From Psammoneis japonica (Eukaryota), in NCBI GenBank assembly GCA_008632985.1, contig QPGO01000106.1, positions 62,001 to 126,000 on the forward strand: DNA of 64,000 nucleotides, given 5' to 3'. The notes beneath the pieces were generated by a model. The model had not been told where the DNA came from. It searched no databases and saw nothing but the letters and a program-made list of their open reading frames with translations. Positions 37,700-50,545 of this stretch are shown in pieces; within the stretch, counting starts at the first letter, position 1, and every line of letters begins with the position of its first letter. Both the position numbers and the translations under genes were made by a program.

Positions 37700-39588
37700 A
37701 TGTCATCTCCACCTTCTCCTACAAATAGATCTCGTCAATCCAAGAAAAACAAGAAAAAGCCAAACAACGCATCTGACTGATTAATTTTCGATATGCAGCA
37801 ACAACAACAAGCAGCAGCGCACCGCCGCTGAGAAACTACTACCACCGGAAAAACAGCAAAACAAATACTCGTCCCCACAAGCCACTTCTTCAAGACTTTC
37901 CATTATACACATCGTGTTTGTACAGTTTTCTATTGGATCCAGAGTATGCTATACCACCCTCGACTCCCATTCATTCAACAAGACCACCGTGTGATTGGAG
38001 TAATCACGTTTGGATGGTTTCCGTGTTTCATCATGCTGATGGTCAGGAGGATACTGAGTTATCATGTCCCATTTGTTTACAAAGTACCTTTTGTGCCATG
38101 CGCATGACGAAATGTGGACACTTGTATTGTTTACCGTGTTTGTTACGACACGCATCCTATTCCGATATTTGTCCCTGTTGTACAATGTCGATTCAAAATC
38201 AAGAGGAATGGAAACCCGTCTTGCTACAAACGGTACAACCACCAAAAGTGGGAAATGCCATGGAATTTGTAAAGTTGCATTGTCGAAAAAGCAACAACAA
38301 CAGTGTGGTGACAAATCCATATCGACCTGGAGACAATAACAACAACGATGGCAACTTGATCTTTACCAGATTCCGTTCGGCTACCGTCGAACAATACCAA
38401 CAAGAACTCTTAACAAGTTTGGAACAACTGGAACGGACGCAAACGGAACTGGAACAAGAAGCAAAGGACATGCCTGCAGCTAGCAGCAGCGATGCTCAAA
38501 TTGAACTATCCTTTGTGGAAATGGCCATGCGTCATATTCAATTTTTTGAAATGACCAAACTGACAAACCATAGCAGCAACAACAACACCAAGGCTGTTGT
38601 TGAGTCGCCTCTGCCAGTGCCAAAAAGCAGCAACGTCAACAACAGCTTTTTACCACTGGACGAGAATCAGTTTTATCAGTCTGCCGATGGTCAAGTGTGT
38701 TTCTTATCATCCTTTAATCTAAAGTGCCTGACAACCGAGTTTTCGACTCATGATCCGAACTACAAGAGGCACTACAGCAGGATATTACATCGCCGCCGCA
38801 CCTTGTGGAGGACTCCGCAGCAGCAGCACGACAAGAAAAAGAAAGATACGAGGCGCAACAATAACAACAAACAAAAGCCACTCCCCGACAAACTCCATGG
38901 CCGTATTTTGGAAATCAAGCATTTGCAAGTTTCGTCCCAACACGTCTTTCTCAAACATTTACCCCTCTACACGGATGTGACCATTGTCGAATTGGATTTG
39001 AATCATGTCTTGTCGCATGAAACGCGTGAAAAATTCAAGAGGGAATTTCAAGCCAAAAAGGCATCCCGACAACGAACCAAACGTGCCGAAAAACAAATCA
39101 ACAAGCAATTGAAACAACGACAAGAAGAAATGGAATGGACGAGACGACGACAACAGCAGACGAGTGGCGGATTTTTATCGTCGGAATCTTGGAACCAAAC
39201 GACGCTGGAGGAACAAGTGGAGAGTGGTGCCTTTCCGAGTATAGATGGGAATCAAGCGACGACAGCAATAGAGAATAATAACGACGACGACGACACAGCA
39301 CCAGCAGCAGCCTTGTGTTTTCAGTTCAGTCAAGTGTGTGCCACCAATGGTGTTTGGCCGGAATTGAATACTACGGATCAAGAAACGACGCTACTAGCGA
39401 CAAGTCCACCTCGACATGGCGGCGGAGTTTGGGGACAGCAGCAGCAGCAATCCAAAAAGAACAATACTGCAACTGTTTCTCCAGCTACACCGGAATCATC
39501 CTCTCCCAACGTTGGCAAGAAGAAGAAAAAGAAAAACAAAATTGTCCTATTCTCGACCGGGGGAGGCGGTGGAGCAAGAGCTTGGTAA
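37700..39588 (+). CDS. RNF10/Mag2-like RING-HC E3 ligase; 5' frameshifts near 37775-37920
   Basis: CPICL..MTKCGHLYCLPCL..CPCC, FYQSADGQVCFLSSFNLKCL, FLKHLPL...VELDL, terminal KKKNKIVLFSTGG. Confidence 0.85.
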
Positions 39589-40025
39589 CGCTGTCGTAGA
39601 GAGAGAGAGTTGGACGACGATGGATAGTCTACCTCCTGTACAGTAGATACGATTCGACATTTACATCTAGCTCTACTACTAGCTCTACTACTGCTCTACT
39701 CTAGAGAGTAGCATTGAGTAAAGGATCATGCTCATTTTACTTCTATTCATGATGTTGTTTGCCGTGGTTGTTGCCGTCGGGGTCTCCGATGAGCTATGGT
39801 TAGGTGTGCTATTCTAGTTTTCGGGACCACTCATATGGATGTACTCATGAATGAATAGAGTATTGAAGATCGTATCCTGTTGCGACGGACGCCATGACGA
39901 TGATCCTTCAAAGCCACAACGCTGACTGCGCTTTTTAGAGTGAACGGTGTTGGCGACCGTCAGATATCTCCTAATAGGAGCGACTGACAAGAAGAAGTAT
40001 AGGAGTATACCGTATATCAAGTAAT

Positions 40026-40877
40026 ATGCCGGCGTTCAACCAAGATTTCGACAAGAAAGATCGAGAATTTCTTTTGGAATGTGTTCAGGATGGAATTGGT
40101 TGCTTTGCTTGCGGCAAGAAAGAACCGAAAAAGACGTGTTCCAAATGCAAGATCGCCAGGTACTGCAACGTCGATTGTCAAAAGTTGGACTGGAAGGGGA
40201 TCAAAGGAGGACGACATGTTGCATCACACAAGGAAGTTTGTGCTCTCTGCTGTGACAACCGGACCAAAGCGTGCACGCAAATTGCGTTGCGGAGCGTTGA
40301 ATTCATCGACGATGAACTCTATGATAAAGCCATGGAAAGGCGCCAAGACTTGTGGATTGATGAACTCGAGCGATCCTGTTCAGACGTTCTTCTTGGATGC
40401 CAAACAGCAGCGATCTTTGATCTTCATCGGGTGCGCCTCAACGTGGCAGCTGCCTTTGCTGATGCCGACTTCAATCGAGTGACTGTCAACCACGTCATGA
40501 CCGAGGCTATTGATGACGGTGAGGATGCTAGGAAACGTCTCCATCCTCTGAGGGGCTCGGGAAAGCTCTCCGAGGCTGCCAAAGAAAAGGTTTTGACTCA
40601 CTGGGTCTACTTTGCAGCCCTGTTGCATGAAAGCGACATTCACGTAGCATCCGCATGCTTTGGTCGTGGACTCATGTACATTGCAGACGACAAGGACTTT
40701 CAACGCCAAGTCGAACAGGCCAACGGGGGACGCCGCATCATGTGGATGCCAGACATGGGGCATGCTGCAAGTGATTGTGAGGCCGCTCTGATGAATGCGG
40801 CGTTTCCACAACAATTGTCCTGGCATGTTTTTTGTTTGGAAAACTGCTGCCGGGGCACTCCTCTGTTCATCGTTTGA
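40026..40877 (+). CDS. MYND zinc finger protein (3' end partly eroded)
   Basis: CFACGK..CSKCKIARYCNVDCQKLDW...HKEVC. Confidence 0.8.
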   Translation: MPAFNQDFDKKDREFLLECVQDGIGCFACGKKEPKKTCSKCKIARYCNVDCQKLDWKGIKGGRHVASHKEVCALCCDNRTKACTQIALRSVEFIDDELYDKAMERRQDLWIDELERSCSDVLLGCQTAAIFDLHRVRLNVAAAFADADFNRVTVNHVMTEAIDDGEDARKRLHPLRGSGKLSEAAKEKVLTHWVYFAALLHESDIHVASACFGRGLMYIADDKDFQRQVEQANGGRRIMWMPDMGHAASDCEAALMNAAFPQQLSWHVFCLENCCRGTPLFIV

Positions 40878-42169
40878 AGTTGTGAGGTGGCCGCCCTGAG
40901 TCGTCCGCTGTGTGTCTCATTTCTTTGGCGAATCTCACATCATTGCAAATGCAATGTTTTTCAATCGTTCAATGGACTCATAAAGGCGCGTCTGCATTCA
41001 ACTCTCTTGTCTTCTACCTGACTGGTGCGGGCCAAAGAACACCCATGGATCGAAGGAGAATTGACACAAAAGCAGCAACAATGTAAACACTGCGAGCAAA
41101 AGGATCAAATGCCGTCAAAAGCATCCCCCCAAAATGACAAAAAGATGGCTCAATTCACTGCTCCAAACACAAACACTGCAGCACCCCCGCGGAGCAGCAC
41201 CCGAAAAGTTTGGTGGATGAGCAGTGGATGTGTGGGACCAGGGATCCATTGATGTTGAAAGGAGACATTGCGATTTCAATGTGACTTGCTCTCAATGTTG
41301 CCATGCACTCAGAATGGCACACAATTGGCAGTGGCAAGAGGCCTTGATGACTGCACAGCAGTTGTGCGCTGGCTGTGGAGAACAAAATGTGCCTTGCTCA
41401 ACTGTCAGTGCTGGCAAGGTGTTGCCACTTGAGCCATTGTTTTCAGTGCCATCAGAGCAGATGCCAAGGTGGCAGACTGCTTGTGGACTGTGCCAGCTGT
41501 GCCATCCATCATTGTTGTCCACTGGCTTTGAAACCACCTGTGGGTTTGTGGGGTGGAAGGAGAGAAAGCAGCTGAGAGGCAGCATGTTTGGTCAAAGCAA
41601 ATTTGACATGAGCAGAAAAAAATGGTTGGCCTGTCTCAAAGGCATTTTTGTCTGGCCTTGCTTGAGAAAGCAGAGCTGTGCACATGTGGCATCAAGCACA
41701 GACATTCAGCTGAGTGCCAGGCTGCTTCAAACTTGCTCTCTTCTCAGAGCTCTTGATGTGAAGAAACAAATTGCTGGCCTGATCACAGTGCAGGTTGCAA
41801 TCTGGCTGCAATCAAATCAACTGCATCTGGGCCAATGTCTGCTGGCTGGCTGGGTGCAGATTGCAGGTCTGGACAAGACCAATGAAATGGTGCAATTGCC
41901 CGCCAACTGTGCAGCCTTGAGGGGGCAAGTCAGAGGGCTGGCAGTGACTGCAAAATTGAGGAGTGAGCTGTTTTGTTTGCAGGGGCCCAAGTTGTTGGCA
42001 TCTTCCATTGCCCTGTTGAGGAGCAAAGTGTGGCAAGAGGCTCTCACCTCTCCCTGCCTCTGGCTCTCTGCCACCCAGCTTGGGAGCAGGCAAGAGCACT
42101 TGCCACCACCACCACCAGCATGTGGCAGTCTCCAACCCAGTTGAAGTTTGGAAAGTCTCTTGCTGGTTG

Positions 42170-43600
42170 CAAGCCAACAAATGGAATGGACAAGACAACA
42201 ACAAGAGCAGACGAGTGGTTTTTTGTTGTTGACGATGATGGACTCTTTGAGTCAAAACGTGGCTGCACACTGGAGGAACAAGCCCAGAGAGTGGCGGGGG
42301 TCCAAAGATGAGGGTGGGGTGATGACAAGGCATGTTGCAGGCAAAGAGAATGACAACAATGACGTGAAACCACCAGCAATGTTGTGCTTTCAATTTAGCC
42401 AAACATGTGCCACCAATGGTGTTTGGCATGAGTTGAATGATCAAAAATGATGCAACACACCCCAGCGACACCCAAGCTTGCCTCAGCATGGAGGACTGTG
42501 CTCAGAGGCAATGGAGGAGTTTGGGTGCAGCGGCAATCCAAGAAGAAGAGTGCTGAAAATGCTTTCAACAGCCACACAGGAATTTTCTCCAAACACAAGC
42601 AAGAAGAAGAAAAACAGAAAGAAGAACAAGACTGCCCTGTTCTTGACCAGCAGAGGTGCTGGAGCAAAAGATCTTGGCAGCCCCTGCAGCTGGAGAGGAA
42701 GTTTGTTTGAGGCCCTGACGGGTTGTGTTTTCTGAGTGTCAGTCAAACCAAAACAGCAGCACACATCCTGCACAGCAGACATTTGCTTCCAAAGTGCCTG
42801 GCTGGAGAAGAGAGACCACATGTGCGCCATGCTTTCCCCCCTGTTTTGTGGATCATGCTTTTGTGCACGTAGATGCATCATGCACAACGCAGATTTGTGA
42901 ATGTTCTCAAACAGGCCAATGGGAGATGCCGCATCATGTGGATGCCAGGCATGGGGCACATGATGTGGTGAGTGATTGTGCTGCTGCTGCAACGAATGCG
43001 GCATTTCCGCAACTGTCCTGAGGGCTTTGGTGCTTTTGGCAGTGCCGCAGCTGTGAAAGAGCTGTGGCAGCACGTCTCCTCTGTGCATGTGCAGTTTGAA
43101 GCAAGAGTCAGCCACACTGATTCATCCTGTGTGTCTCATTCCTTTCATGAATCTAACATCATTGCAAATGTCTTTCTTGTTTTTCACTTGTTCAAGCACT
43201 CATGAATTCACGCTCACTTGCCAGGCACTCTCTGGTCTTCTGCCTGACTGGTGTTGTGCACCAAAGAACATCATCCATGGACAGAATGAGAATCAATGTA
43301 AAAGCAGCATGAAGAATGAAGACTTGGCAAGCAAGGGATCAGGTGCCAATTCAGCAGCACAGCAAGCAGTCAAGAGCACCCTCAAAATTCAGCACACTGC
43401 AGCCCCCCACCAAGGAGCACCCAAAACGTTTGGCAGCATGGGCAGGACCAGGGATCCTTCAGTGCTGAGAGGAGGTGTTGCAATTTCAGTGTGGCCTGCT
43501 GTTCTGTTGCCACATGCTCAGAATGACATGCAAGCTGCACTGGCTTTGGAAGAAATGTGCCTTCTCTGCCAGCAAGCAAGGTCTTCTTTGAACCATCATC
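42170..43600 (+). pseudogene. Hypermutated, internally deleted duplicate of ~39110-41400 (RNF10-like 3' end, MYND 3' end and downstream DNA)
   Basis: MEWTR..EQTSG, LCFQFSQ.CATNGVW.ELN and GCCGCATCATGTGGATGCCAG shared in the same order with the intact region. Confidence 0.85.
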
Positions 43601-44398
43601 ATCGGCATGGTCAATGCAAGCATCCAGGCACCAGCAGACTTCTCATGGATTGCATCAGTCACCAAAATTGCTGCTGTGTTTGCAAAACAGAGGGAGAAAG
43701 CACTGGTCAAAGCCCACCCTGGGGGTGAGAAGCAAATTCATGGGTGCCCAAAAGGTGGGGGGCGCATGCACGGGGAATGAAAACCAACAAAAAATGTTCT
43801 CAATTAAATCCCCTGGCAAAGATTGGGCCAGAGGTGGCAGAGATGGATGAAAGTGCAAAACATGCGCAGAAGCCATCGCACAGACAGGCTGCCATTGCGA
43901 CTCTCCTTGCAGCCATCGACCCCCAAATCACATGAGCCCTGAAAACGCCTGCGTGCAATTTCGTGCGCGCTGTGTTCGGTCTTTGTTGAGTCGCCAAAAT
44001 TGCGCAAAATCACTCGCTCCATGACACGGCGGCCGCAGGAGAAACATTTGCCACTCCTCCGACTCCTCTCTTTTCTTTCTTGCAATTCATCCCATGCAAC
44101 ACATTGAAAGCACCCTCCATTGCGGGCTCATTGTCTCCTCCAAAGGTCTGACATCAAAAGTGCATTTCTACAACCAACAAAGGCAGGTCCATTCTTGGGT
44201 TTTGCGTCAAAAACAATTTCTGCTGTCACCGCTGCCATCTCGTTGCCTCCTGTGATTGTGCCTCCTCAGTGTGTGCTCAACTTGTGGTTTGTTTGTGGCA
44301 CTGGTCAGTGGCCAAATCACCACTGCAGAGACAGCGCTCTCTTTTTTTTTTTTGGAAAGGTGACTTGAATTTCTGTCCCATTTGCTGCACAACAATGC

Positions 44399-46783
44399 AT
44401 GGGGCCGAAGCAATTTTGGGGCCCTGCCCTGGGGCTTTTTCAGAATGAGCCACATGAACGAGCTGACAAGTTCAAGGGAAAGCGCACTGGTGTTGATGTT
44501 TCCATTCTTCTGAACAAATGCAACAGCAGAGAAGAGACTCAGCTCGCCACCACTTGCATCCCGTGCCACCCCTCTCCTGAAACACTTGCAGAAATTCAGC
44601 AGACACATGGGCCATTGGAAAAAGCTGGCATCACACCCGTGTGCATTTTTGATGGTGTCGCCCCACCAGTTGAGAAAGAAGAAAAAGACAAACGTCTGCA
44701 TGACCGGGAGAAACACAAACAAATGTACGATGAAGCCGTTCAAGATTGCAAGGCTGCTGGATTTGTGTCGGACACCGAGTTTGAAGACGCTGTGAAAGCA
44801 CGCAAGAATTCAGCACATCCAACAGTGCTTGACCATGCGGCGGCAATAAAATGGATGAAGGACAGCAACATTGAATGCCATGGGTCTCCTTTTGAAGCAG
44901 ATTGCCAGCTGGTGAAACTTGAAAAGGATGGCATTGTGGACGGAATTGCGACAGAAGACGGCGATCTCGTTGTGCTGGAAGGCCGCCCTGTCCCATCCAA
45001 GCTGTCTCTCAAGGATGACAGTCCAAAGTTTAGAGTTTTTCTGAGAGATGAGTTCATCAGTGGACAAGATCCGCACCATTCGAAGCTTTCTGAATGTCCA
45101 GGATTGATGCTGGAGACATCCAATTTCCTCGGAAACGATTGCATGTCCAGAGTCTCCGGCAATGGCCCAGTCACTGCACTGGAGGATAAAGATCACCAGA
45201 AGCAGAAAAATGATGGCTCAATTGATGACTGTGCCAAAGCTCAGAACAAGTTTCAGTGGCTTGAGAACTGTGAGAAAGAGAAGAAAGATGAAATTCCGGA
45301 TGGTTGGGCGAAAAGGTTTGCAATGACGGCACGATTCCTGTGACACCCCCCTGCATTTGAAAAGTGCAAGGCTGCTGGACTTGTGTCTCTAGCTCCTCTG
45401 CATCCATTGCCAGCAGGTGTGTCAGATTGGGCAGAGCACATTGGTTTCAATCCGAGCGAACTTGCCGTTGTCGATGCAGGCGAGTGCAGCAAGCTCTACA
45501 ATCTCGAACTGTTGCCACTGAGTGGAAAACCACTGTCTGACTGCAAAGGGCCACATCACACACTCGCTGAAAATGGTGATGTTGCATCCGACTTTGTCTC
45601 ACCCACTTTTGCCAAATTGGATCTCCAAGCCGTCCCTGTCAGCACGCAGCCGACACGTTGCTTGAAGATGTGGCTGCCAAGTGGACATGTCATTCCAAGG
45701 GAGTCGGACGTTTGAGTTTGTTTGGCAATCAGGAAGCCTGTTGCTCCGCCAGGGATGCAGATCAAGCGTGGAAAATGCAACAGTTTCGAGGCACTGAATT
45801 GTCGACAAGCAGGGAATGAGTGTGACAACTGGAGTCGGAACCACATGAAGATTGCCAAGAGAGTTCGCAAAATTGCAGACGACATGTTGAACGAAAAACT
45901 GGGGTGCACTCTAAAAGGTACGACACGGCATGCATTGCGGCTGTTGAAGGACGGCAATTTAAATCCCAAGTCCATGAAGTGCCTGAACGTCCAATCGAAG
46001 TTGAATGGGGATTGGTGCGTCACACTGAGGTGCGACACGCGCAGCTCAGAACGAGGTGTCGTCCACTTGACAAGTGCTGTCTTTGAGGATGAACCAAATG
46101 GCGACTTCATTCTTGCTCCACTTTCTACCTGCAGCTGTGAGGACGGCAGTCTCTTCTGTTCACACCTGTTGGGACTGCTGTGTTTGATTGGTTTGGCGCA
46201 GTTAGAGCAGACGCGTTCCAGGTCTAGGTGGGACCTCGCACTGCTGAACTGTGACATCGATAGTTTTTTGAGTCTCGTCGTATGTCGCGCACGTAGATTT
46301 CTACGTGATTTTTTCGATATTTTGTGTCATTTTACGGTACACTTATTGAGCGATCCGTCCAACAACTTTTGACATTTTTTGTTACAGCGCGATTCTACAA
46401 TGTCTTAAGAATCGCGTAGGGCAGGCGAAGTTGCAAAACGTCGAGTGGTAAGAGGCATAATTGTACCACAAACTTGGCCGTTTATTTGATGTTGAAGACA
46501 AACATGTCCATTAATTAAATTCTCGTACTACGGAGCTCGCACGTAGAATTCTACGGGCCCAATGTCACACGGAGTCCCACCTAGGGCTGGAACGCGTCAG
46601 CAGTCTCAAGATGAGTTTGAGTTGTGTCACCCCATGTCGCCAGAGCCAGTCCAAGCTGTTCCAATGCTGATTGAGAATCTGGTTGTGAAGGACAGCTTCA
46701 AGAGAGCAATGGGCCAGAAAAGGCGACGAGGCGACGACGTTGCTAAAAAGGCAGCGAAACCAAATGAGGCGCAGACCAAGTGA
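44399..46783 (+). pseudogene. XPG/FEN1/Exo1-type nuclease fused to a SWIM zinc finger; two in-frame TGA stops and a MITE insertion
   Basis: MG...GVDVS, PVCIFDG, SPFEADCQL, TEDGDL, GNDC.SRVSGNGPVTA, then CSCEDGSLFCSHLLGLL. ORFs at 44399, 45383 and 45722 share one frame. Confidence 0.85.
46210..46598. mobile_element. MITE family A, un-eroded copy
   Basis: TIR GACGCGTTCCAG..CTAGGTGGGAC / GTCCCACCTAG..CTGGAACGCGTC, AGCA duplication. Removal restores the frame LEQSQDE. Confidence 0.92.
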
Positions 46784-46841
46784 CGAACTGTTGCACCTTG
46801 ACGTCTGCCGGAGCAGACCTTGCAATGAGCTGCATTGCATC

Positions 46842-49242
46842 TTAGTGTCTGCCATAGTTTTTCTTGTTTTGCCAGCAGCTGTCAGTGACGACAGACTCTC
46901 CGCCTGGCTTCCGGAATGGCAAATCAAGATTTGCAGCCACGTGTGCCCACGCATGAGCATGCGGTAAAATTGGCACCACACAACAAGGGACGACAGCTTT
47001 TACAATGTCCTCATCAGTGCATCGACTAAATGCAGTCTCCGCTGGAAACCTTGCATTGAACAGTGGGCGGTCTCGAGAAATGTGTTGCGCAGTTTTCCTG
47101 CAGCCTTTCGATTCACTGAGCTTTTCTGGAGTGTTGACGTCATTGAAGCAGGGATGGTCTCGCTCTGTTCCAGCAAACCCCTTGTCACCGATCACAGGAG
47201 TGCCATTTGAAATCTCAGCCAGTCGCAGCAGGATCTTTGGGACATTTTCCAATTTTGGCTTTTGCGGCAGACCGTCCATGCCACTGCCAAGCCACGCCAA
47301 AAGCTTTTGTCGTTCATTCGCCGTCACTAAAAGACAGTGCAAAAGCAAGCACTTTCTCAGCCTGCAAGCTTCGTATGATCGATGAAGCCGCTCTTGTCGT
47401 TCAAGCTGGATCAATTTCCGTTTTCCACTGTTGTTCACTCCTCCACGCAGGACTTTGTCGTTTTGCTCCTCCAAGTGCTCCGGTGTTGTCATGGGTTGTT
47501 TCTTTCGCCCCCCGGTCACCTTCTCCGCTTGTTTGAGCAGCTTGTGTTCTCTCCACCAATCAAGAGCTTCTGACATCAAGCCAGATTCAGTTTCCTCCTC
47601 CAGTGCCTCCTCCACAGGGGCCTTGTTGTCGCTCACCACTTCCTCAAGTCCCGATGCTGTGGCTGTGACTAGCGCATCATCAAAACCGCGTCTTCCCCGC
47701 CCAGCAGATTTTGGTCGATCATCTCCTCAAATTCTGATGCTGTGATGATGTCATCGAGGGCCGTGCAGAAATTTGGAGCCCCTCCTGGGTCGTCATCTTT
47801 GTTGGCAGCATCTTCCCACTCGGACACAGGTGCGTGTGCAATGCCAAGCGATCCCCACAATCGCAGCATGCTCTTCTCTGACGCTCTGGCTCCAAACAGC
47901 GGAGTGTGCTCAAATGTAGTCCCGCACAGCGTGGACCACATTGGGCAGCGCCCGCAGTCGCAATCATTCTTTGGGCTGCACTGCATTTGGTTGGCGGTTC
48001 CATCCTTTCGCTTGGACTCCATGTTTGCATCTCGACCATCAACGAGAATCGATGGCCCAACTCGTACACCGCCTGCATCCAAGTCAGGATGTTCTCGTCT
48101 GACAAAGCCCCCCCAGGTGATGTCAAGAATTGACAAATCTTCTCCAGCCTCTCCCCATCTTGGAGCCCACTCATGAAGCATTTGTCCCACTCGAACACGA
48201 TGTCGATTTATCGTGAGGCCTGTCACACCTTCGACCTCCTGATGGTGAAAAAACAGTCGACAAATCAAGCATTTCTCTAGCTCTGATGTCGGGGGCATGT
48301 CAATGACTCCGCCAACTTCAATTGGAGCCACGGGGCAAGGCACATCATCAGCATTGATCTCAGGAAAAAGGTCTTGAACATGCTGCTTCGTTTCCTCCCA
48401 TGAAACAAAACCATGCAACAAAGACGCCGCATTTGGATGGTTCGAATGCCACTCATCATCGAAAACAGTGAGACGAGACAACCCTCCAGAGCTTGCTAGA
48501 AAATCCTCAACTTGGTCCCAGGTCAAGTGGTGGTCTTTACGCTGTAAATCTTGAGAGCTTTCTTCCAACGACTTGTGCTTTTTTGACAAACGAGCATTCC
48601 TCTCCGTCAATGCCTTGTTCTTTCTCTTGAAGCTGTCAATTGCATCTTGACGATGCTGAGCTTCACGCCTTTGGACAGCTGACTTTCATCCCTGTCATGA
48701 ACCACATGCTGCAACTCTTCTTCACGTGGAGAGCCTTGTTGATGTTGATGAAGCTTGCTTGGCATGTCAGGTCGAGCAGACGTCAGCAAGTCGCACAACG
48801 ACCCAACTGTGCTCTTGTCAACATTCGGGGCATTCACGCACATGACAGGATTTTCAATCCGCCACCGCAAAGGCCTGGGTTTCCCCAGATCAGGGTTGTG
48901 TCTCATTTTTTTGTCGTTCTTGCACTCGCCATGCAAGCAATTCCACTTTTCTGCAACATCAGGAGCGATGGGTGTGGACCAGTTTTCATTGGCATGGTCA
49001 AGCATCTCGTGCATCTCTTTTTTCCAGTGATGTCTTGCCACCTGCAATCGAGTGCACCTGGCATCACCGGCAGGTGATGTTCTCCCACGTTTGCCACCTT
49101 TTTTCCTGTCGGAGTAACACTCTCTGATTGTCTCTCGGTCGCTCTTTGACACGTGAAGGTTGAGGAAGACGGCCTCAAGAAGATTGACTGCGTTGCAAGA
49201 ATCTTCATTGCAAGCCAGCCTCACAAAGTCACCCCCAAGCAT
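46842..49242 (-). pseudogene. DDE transposase of the PIF/Harbinger/ISL2EU (DDE_Tnp_4-like) group, fragmented
   Basis: ILVDG...CSPKN...TPLFGARASE...VIGDKGF...NTP...R.PAETAFSR follows the DG / YSxK / GGRxSD / DKGF / R..VE order of that family. Confidence 0.7.
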
Positions 49243-50545
49243 GTGATTGATTGATGTAAAATGTTTTCGACATTTGTCACACTCTTCCCAATTGCAGAGA
49301 CACCTGTCATTCCAAGTGACTCGAGGTTGTCACTTGATGAATCACGACTTGATGCAACGACGGGACTGATGCTTTTCGACCGTTCCATGACAACAACGCA
49401 AATTCTTGCACACCCAATCCTCCTGCAAGGTGTGCACATGGGCCAAGCAACACAATGGGCAAATGAGAGAAGGCAGCGAGTTAGCAGAAGCAACAGCAGA
49501 AATTGTTGTTGACCGGATGCCCAACAATGGACCCACCTGCTTGTGTCAGCGAAATGCACTTTGGGTGACAGACCGTGGATGGAGAGAAATGGTTGACAGT
49601 GCACAACACTCGTAAGGGTTTTCATGCATGAGACATGGGAAGGGGTTGCGCCGACCTGGTAGACACATGCACAGTTGTCAATGAACGGTTGCTCAAGCAA
49701 TCGGCCATTTTGGGATGATTTTCGAGATCCGACCCAGACCGAACATGGCGCGCACGATTTTTCTGCGGGGGTTTTGTGCTGGGTTTTCACCACTCATGGT
49801 TGCCAAGCCACTGGTGGCTTGATCACAACATGGTCTGCAGCCAAGGGCTGCAATAAAAAAACTGTGGCTGGGCAATTGTTTGGTTTGACATCTGGGTGCA
49901 GATTTGTGCTGGCCTGGGCAGCTGCTGGGCCAAAAAGAAAGACAGTGTGGCCAACAGCGACACCCGGCCAACTGTGTGGGGGCCATGAGGAGGCAGGTCA
50001 GAGGAGCTGTCAATGCAAGCTGTTGGTGCTCCCTCCCTCTGGCTCTGGCACCTTTGCTCATCCTGTTGAAGAGCAAAGCAACAAGCCAAGAAACAGACAC
50101 ACCAGCAAGAAGCGCTCCCGCCTCTTTCTCCTCTCCCTGTCTCTGCCCTGCCCCCGCCCCAGCAGCAGGGAGCATGTCTCAGCATGTGCATTTGGCCACT
50201 TGTTCCAGTCTAACACCCAATTAAAGCCCAGAGTCTCTTGCTCCAGCTAAAAACCGGCATTAGTTTCAAGGGCAATGCCACCAGGCCACATCGTTGCAGG
50301 TGCGATCATGTCGAGCTCTAAATGGGCGCTTTTTGTGCTGCTAAAAAACAGAGTCCAAAGTTACCAAGTTGTTGTGGTTGGCGATTTCGATTGGCGCTTG
50401 GTACACAGCGATGGGGGGTTGCACTTCCAAACTTCCAAAACAGAAAAGAGCGGAGCTTGTTTGATTGAATGCCTACAAGAGAAAGTCGGCGACGCCTGTT
50501 TGACTTGTGCTTTAGATCAAAGCGAACGTTAGAGGCAAGAACATT

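Larger units (their letters stand above)
43935..49780. mobile_element. PIF/Harbinger-ISL2EU-like DNA transposon with two convergent ORFs, hypermutated; exact termini uncertain
   Basis: Inverted repeat TCGTGCGCGCTGTGTTCGGTCT (43961-43982) vs AGACCGAACATGGCGCGCACGA (49736-49757), 20/22 match, with weaker similarity further out. It encloses nuclease and DDE ORFs. Confidence 0.75.

Noticed and set aside
44399..45715. TGA readthrough, selenocysteine or an alternative genetic code in the nuclease ORF
   Set aside because: The two in-frame TGAs are more simply CGA->TGA decay in a dead element, and neighbouring genes use TGA as stop and Tyr normally.
44399..46783. Host EXO1/FEN1 gene, or the enzyme causing the hypermutation
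   Set aside because: It lies within inverted repeats beside a transposase, is itself inactivated, and has no deaminase features.
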